A DNA stretch of 64,000 bases from Planctomycetota bacterium. Its GTDB lineage: Bacteria; Planctomycetota; B15-G4; SIAN01. The notes beneath the pieces are model-generated. The model saw only the letters and a list, made by a program, of their open reading frames with translations, had not been told where the DNA came from and did no database searches. The stretch covers positions 192,001 through 256,000 of the forward strand of contig JANNXA010000051.1 in assembly GCA_031409275.1 (NCBI GenBank), read 5' to 3'. Every line of letters starts with the position of its first letter. Position 1 is the first letter of the stretch. Positions 61,484 through 64,000 of this stretch are shown here, piece after piece. The translations under genes were made by a program, and so were the position numbers.

Positions 61484-62307
61484 GCGCTCCCTTGATGCGA
61501 CTGCTGGCGCGCCGCTTCGCGCTGGGCTGCGGACTGTCGGCGTTGGTGCCGGTGCTGCTCGGCGTGATGACGGGCCACCTCTGGCCGCAATATCGCGAGC
61601 AACTCGCCGCGCTCGAGAAGTTCGGCTTCATGAAGATCGCGCAGACCTTCCTGCGCAGCGATCTGCTGCCGGCGGACTCGACTTCGTTCCTCTTCCAGCT
61701 TCCCTTCGTCCATCCGGTGACGATGCTGGCCCTGGTCGTCGCCATGGCGTTGCCGACGCTCGCCTTCCCGGCGGGCGCACGCGGTCGCGGGACGCTCGAC
61801 CTGCTGCTCGCTTCGCCGCTCTCGCGCGGGACGCTGGTCACCACCACGTTCCTCTTCACCGTGCCGTTCGCGGTGCTGCACGCCCTGGCGCCGCTGCTCG
61901 GCGTCTGGCTTGGCGGCGCACTCGCCGGAGTCGGCTCCGAACTCCCGTTCGCGGCGTTCTTCCGCGTCAGCTTCGAGACGTTCGCGCTCGCGATCTTCTT
62001 CTCCGGCCTGACGTTGCTGCTCTCGGTCGGACTGGCGCCGAAGCGAGCGCTGCGCGGCCCCGAAGGCGGAGGCGCGCTCGCGGCGCTGGCGGTCGTGGTG
62101 CTCTGGTCGCTGCTCGCCGAGATCGTCGCGACCTACTGGAAGGCGATCGCCTGGCTCAAGGTGGCGACTCCCTTCGGCTGGTTCGAACCACCGCAAGTCC
62201 TCGCCGGGGTGGCGAGCCCGTGGCGCGACGGCGGCGTGCTGCTCGCGGCGGGAGTCCTTTCATTCGCGCTCGCCTGGCGCAACGAGCGCGCGCGTCGCAG
62301 CGCGTGA
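61480..62307 (+). CDS. ABC-2 type transporter permease
   Basis: About six TM helices, RGTLDLLL..PLSR motif, TPF.W; overlaps the ATPase gene (ATGA). Confidence 0.9.
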   Translation: MSAPLMRLLARRFALGCGLSALVPVLLGVMTGHLWPQYREQLAALEKFGFMKIAQTFLRSDLLPADSTSFLFQLPFVHPVTMLALVVAMALPTLAFPAGARGRGTLDLLLASPLSRGTLVTTTFLFTVPFAVLHALAPLLGVWLGGALAGVGSELPFAAFFRVSFETFALAIFFSGLTLLLSVGLAPKRALRGPEGGGALAALAVVVLWSLLAEIVATYWKAIAWLKVATPFGWFEPPQVLAGVASPWRDGGVLLAAGVLSFALAWRNERARRSA

Positions 62308-62362
62308 GCCGCCGGTTGCGGGTCGGGCTAAGCTCGCGACCCCTTCCACCGGAGACGCGCCG

Positions 62363-63508
62363 ATGATCGAACGACTGCTGCTCGGGCCCGGACCGAGCAA
62401 CGTCCCGTACGAAGCGATGCTCGCGCTGCTGCGTCCGACGCTCGGGCACCTCGATCCCGACTTCCTGGCGACGATGCAGCACGTGCGCGAACGGCTGCAG
62501 CAGGTCTTCCAGACCAGGAACCCCCACACGCTCGCGGTCAGCGGCACCGGCACCGCCGGCATGGAGATGATGCTGACCAACCTGGTCGAGCCGGGCGACC
62601 GCGTCGTCGTGGTGGTGAACGGCTTCTTCGGCGGTCGCGGCGCCGAGATGGCGCGCCGACTCGGCGCCGACGTGATCGAGGTGAAAGCGGCCTGGGGGCA
62701 GCCGATCGACCCCGCCGCGGTCGATGCAGCGCTCGGGCAGGCGAAGACGGCGCTGCTCTATTTCGTGCATGCGGAGACCTCGACCGGAGTGCGCAACGAC
62801 GCCGCGGCGCTCGCCGCATGCGCGCGTCGGCGCGACGCGCTGGTGCTGATGGACTGCGTCACGTCGCTCGGCGGCCTGCCCGTCACCATCGACGCATTCG
62901 GCGTCGATGCCGCCTTCTCCGGTTCGCAGAAGTGCCTCGGTGCACCGTGCGGCCTCGCGCCCATCACCTTCGGCGCGCGCGCGCTGGCGAAGATCGCCGC
63001 ACGCAAGAAGCCGGTGCCCTCGATCTACTTCGACCTGCTCTGGCTCGAGAAGTATTGGGGCGCCGAGAAGAGCTACCACCACACGGCCCCGATCCAGAAC
63101 ATGTTCGCCTTCGAGGAGGCGCTGCGCCTGATCCTCGACGAGGGGCTCGAACGCCGCTTCGAGCGCCACGCGTCGGCGCACCGCGCGCTGGTCGCCGGCC
63201 TCGCCGCCATGGGCTTCGAACTGCTGCCGCCGATGGCCAACCGCCTGCCGATGTTGAACGCCGTCGTGCTGCCAGAAGGCCTCGACGAGCTCGCGCTGCG
63301 CAAGCGCCTGCTGCTGCACCACTCGATCGAGATCGGCGCCGGGCTCGGCGACTTGAAGGGCAAGATCCTGCGCATCGGCTTGATGGGGAAGAACGCGAAC
63401 CGCGCGGCGGTGATCACCTTCCTCGCCGCGTTCGAGGAGTCGCTGCGCACGCTCGGTCGCGCGCCCGCCAGCGGTGCCGGCGTCGCTGCCGCGCTCGCGG
63501 CGAGCTGA
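62363..63508 (+). CDS. Class V aminotransferase (alanine--glyoxylate / serine--pyruvate type)
   Basis: LLGPGPS, SGTGTAGME, NG.FG.R, HAETSTG, DCVTS.GG, SGSQKCL (PLP Lys), YHHT.P, RIGLMG. Confidence 0.95.
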   Translation: MIERLLLGPGPSNVPYEAMLALLRPTLGHLDPDFLATMQHVRERLQQVFQTRNPHTLAVSGTGTAGMEMMLTNLVEPGDRVVVVVNGFFGGRGAEMARRLGADVIEVKAAWGQPIDPAAVDAALGQAKTALLYFVHAETSTGVRNDAAALAACARRRDALVLMDCVTSLGGLPVTIDAFGVDAAFSGSQKCLGAPCGLAPITFGARALAKIAARKKPVPSIYFDLLWLEKYWGAEKSYHHTAPIQNMFAFEEALRLILDEGLERRFERHASAHRALVAGLAAMGFELLPPMANRLPMLNAVVLPEGLDELALRKRLLLHHSIEIGAGLGDLKGKILRIGLMGKNANRAAVITFLAAFEESLRTLGRAPASGAGVAAALAAS

Positions 63509-63515
63509 GCGAGCC

Positions 63516-64000
63516 GTGCGCGGCCGCTCTCGCGTCGCTGCGCTCGCGCTGCTCTTCGTTTCAGCGTTCGCGGTCGCGTGGTGGTGGACGTCGAGCGCAG
63601 GGGGGCGCGGGCCTGGCCGCGCGACCGAGCCGAAGGCCGGACGGGACGCGCTCGCGAATGCGGCGCGCTCCGATGCGGCGCCACTCGCGTCGCCGGCCAG
63701 CGCACGAGTCGCTGAACCGGACGTCGAGTTCGGCGCTGCGCCCGGACCCTCCACGGCGAGTGGACCCCGAGCGACGGTGATCGGTCGCGTGCACCGCGTG
63801 CGCGACGGCTCTCCCGTGCGCAACGGGACCGTCGTGCTCTCCTACATCGACTTCGCCGCGCGCGGCCTCGATGCCGCGAACTACGCCGCCCTCGACCCCG
63901 AGGCACGGGTCGCGCTGCACGACTTCGATGAGGCGCACCTCGACGCCGACGGCCGCTTCGTGCTCGAGCTTCCATGGCCCGGCGTGGTGCGTCGGGCGGT
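63516..64000 (+). CDS. Partial membrane-anchored protein, probably carboxypeptidase-regulatory-like domain (runs off the window)
   Basis: GTG 63516 open to the window end: TM (ALALLFVSAFAVAWWW), Ala/Pro linker, TVIGRV...DGSPV..GTV.L, DADGRFVL; not in the ORF track because it has no stop. Confidence 0.7.
   Translation, partial: MRGRSRVAALALLFVSAFAVAWWWTSSAGGRGPGRATEPKAGRDALANAARSDAAPLASPASARVAEPDVEFGAAPGPSTASGPRATVIGRVHRVRDGSPVRNGTVVLSYIDFAARGLDAANYAALDPEARVALHDFDEAHLDADGRFVLELPWPGVVRRA

Overview
High-GC (~70%) bacterial chromosomal segment. The gene styles suggest an uncultured Planctomycetota/PVC lineage; this is inference, not a database result. From left to right: (1) A ~17 kb minus-strand housekeeping run, atpZ-atpI-atpB-E-F-H-A-G-D-C, aspS, thrS, infC, rpmI, rplT, pheS, pheT, ending in a probable 6S RNA. 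infC appears to start at ACG behind a structured leader. (2) A divergent ECF sigma factor with a tandem zinc-finger anti-sigma and an exported protein. (3) ndk, a TPR lipoprotein, rnpA and yidD, then a 175-bp MITE with 21-bp perfect TIRs and a TTAG duplication. (4) A ~21.7 kb minus-strand block (23009-44679). Its core is a tightly coupled type IV filament (T2SS/T4P-like) operon: double-FHA membrane protein, PilM-PilN fusion, PilO-like, 903-aa TPR protein, GspG-like pilin, LamG-bearing GspH-like pilin, a giant ~1690-aa GspK-like pilin with nested repeat modules, GspJ-like and GspI-like pilins. It is followed by an exported TPR/Zn-knuckle protein, a parvulin, scpB and a PpiD-like chaperone. No ATPase, platform, secretin or prepilin peptidase gene is present in the window. 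This is the best candidate for an undescribed system. (5) AtoE-like transporter, tail-anchored coiled-coil protein, CRTAC1/ASPIC protein, an unusual array of regularly bulged hairpins, archaeal/eukaryote-type proS and tRNA-Ala(GGC). (6) An accessory tail: VOC protein, a TolB-like propeller behind a sigma54-type promoter, ADP-forming acyl-CoA ligase, CBS protein, metF, a beta-helix protein, an ABC pair, a class V aminotransferase and a partial CDS. All calls come from reading sequence motifs; no searches were run.
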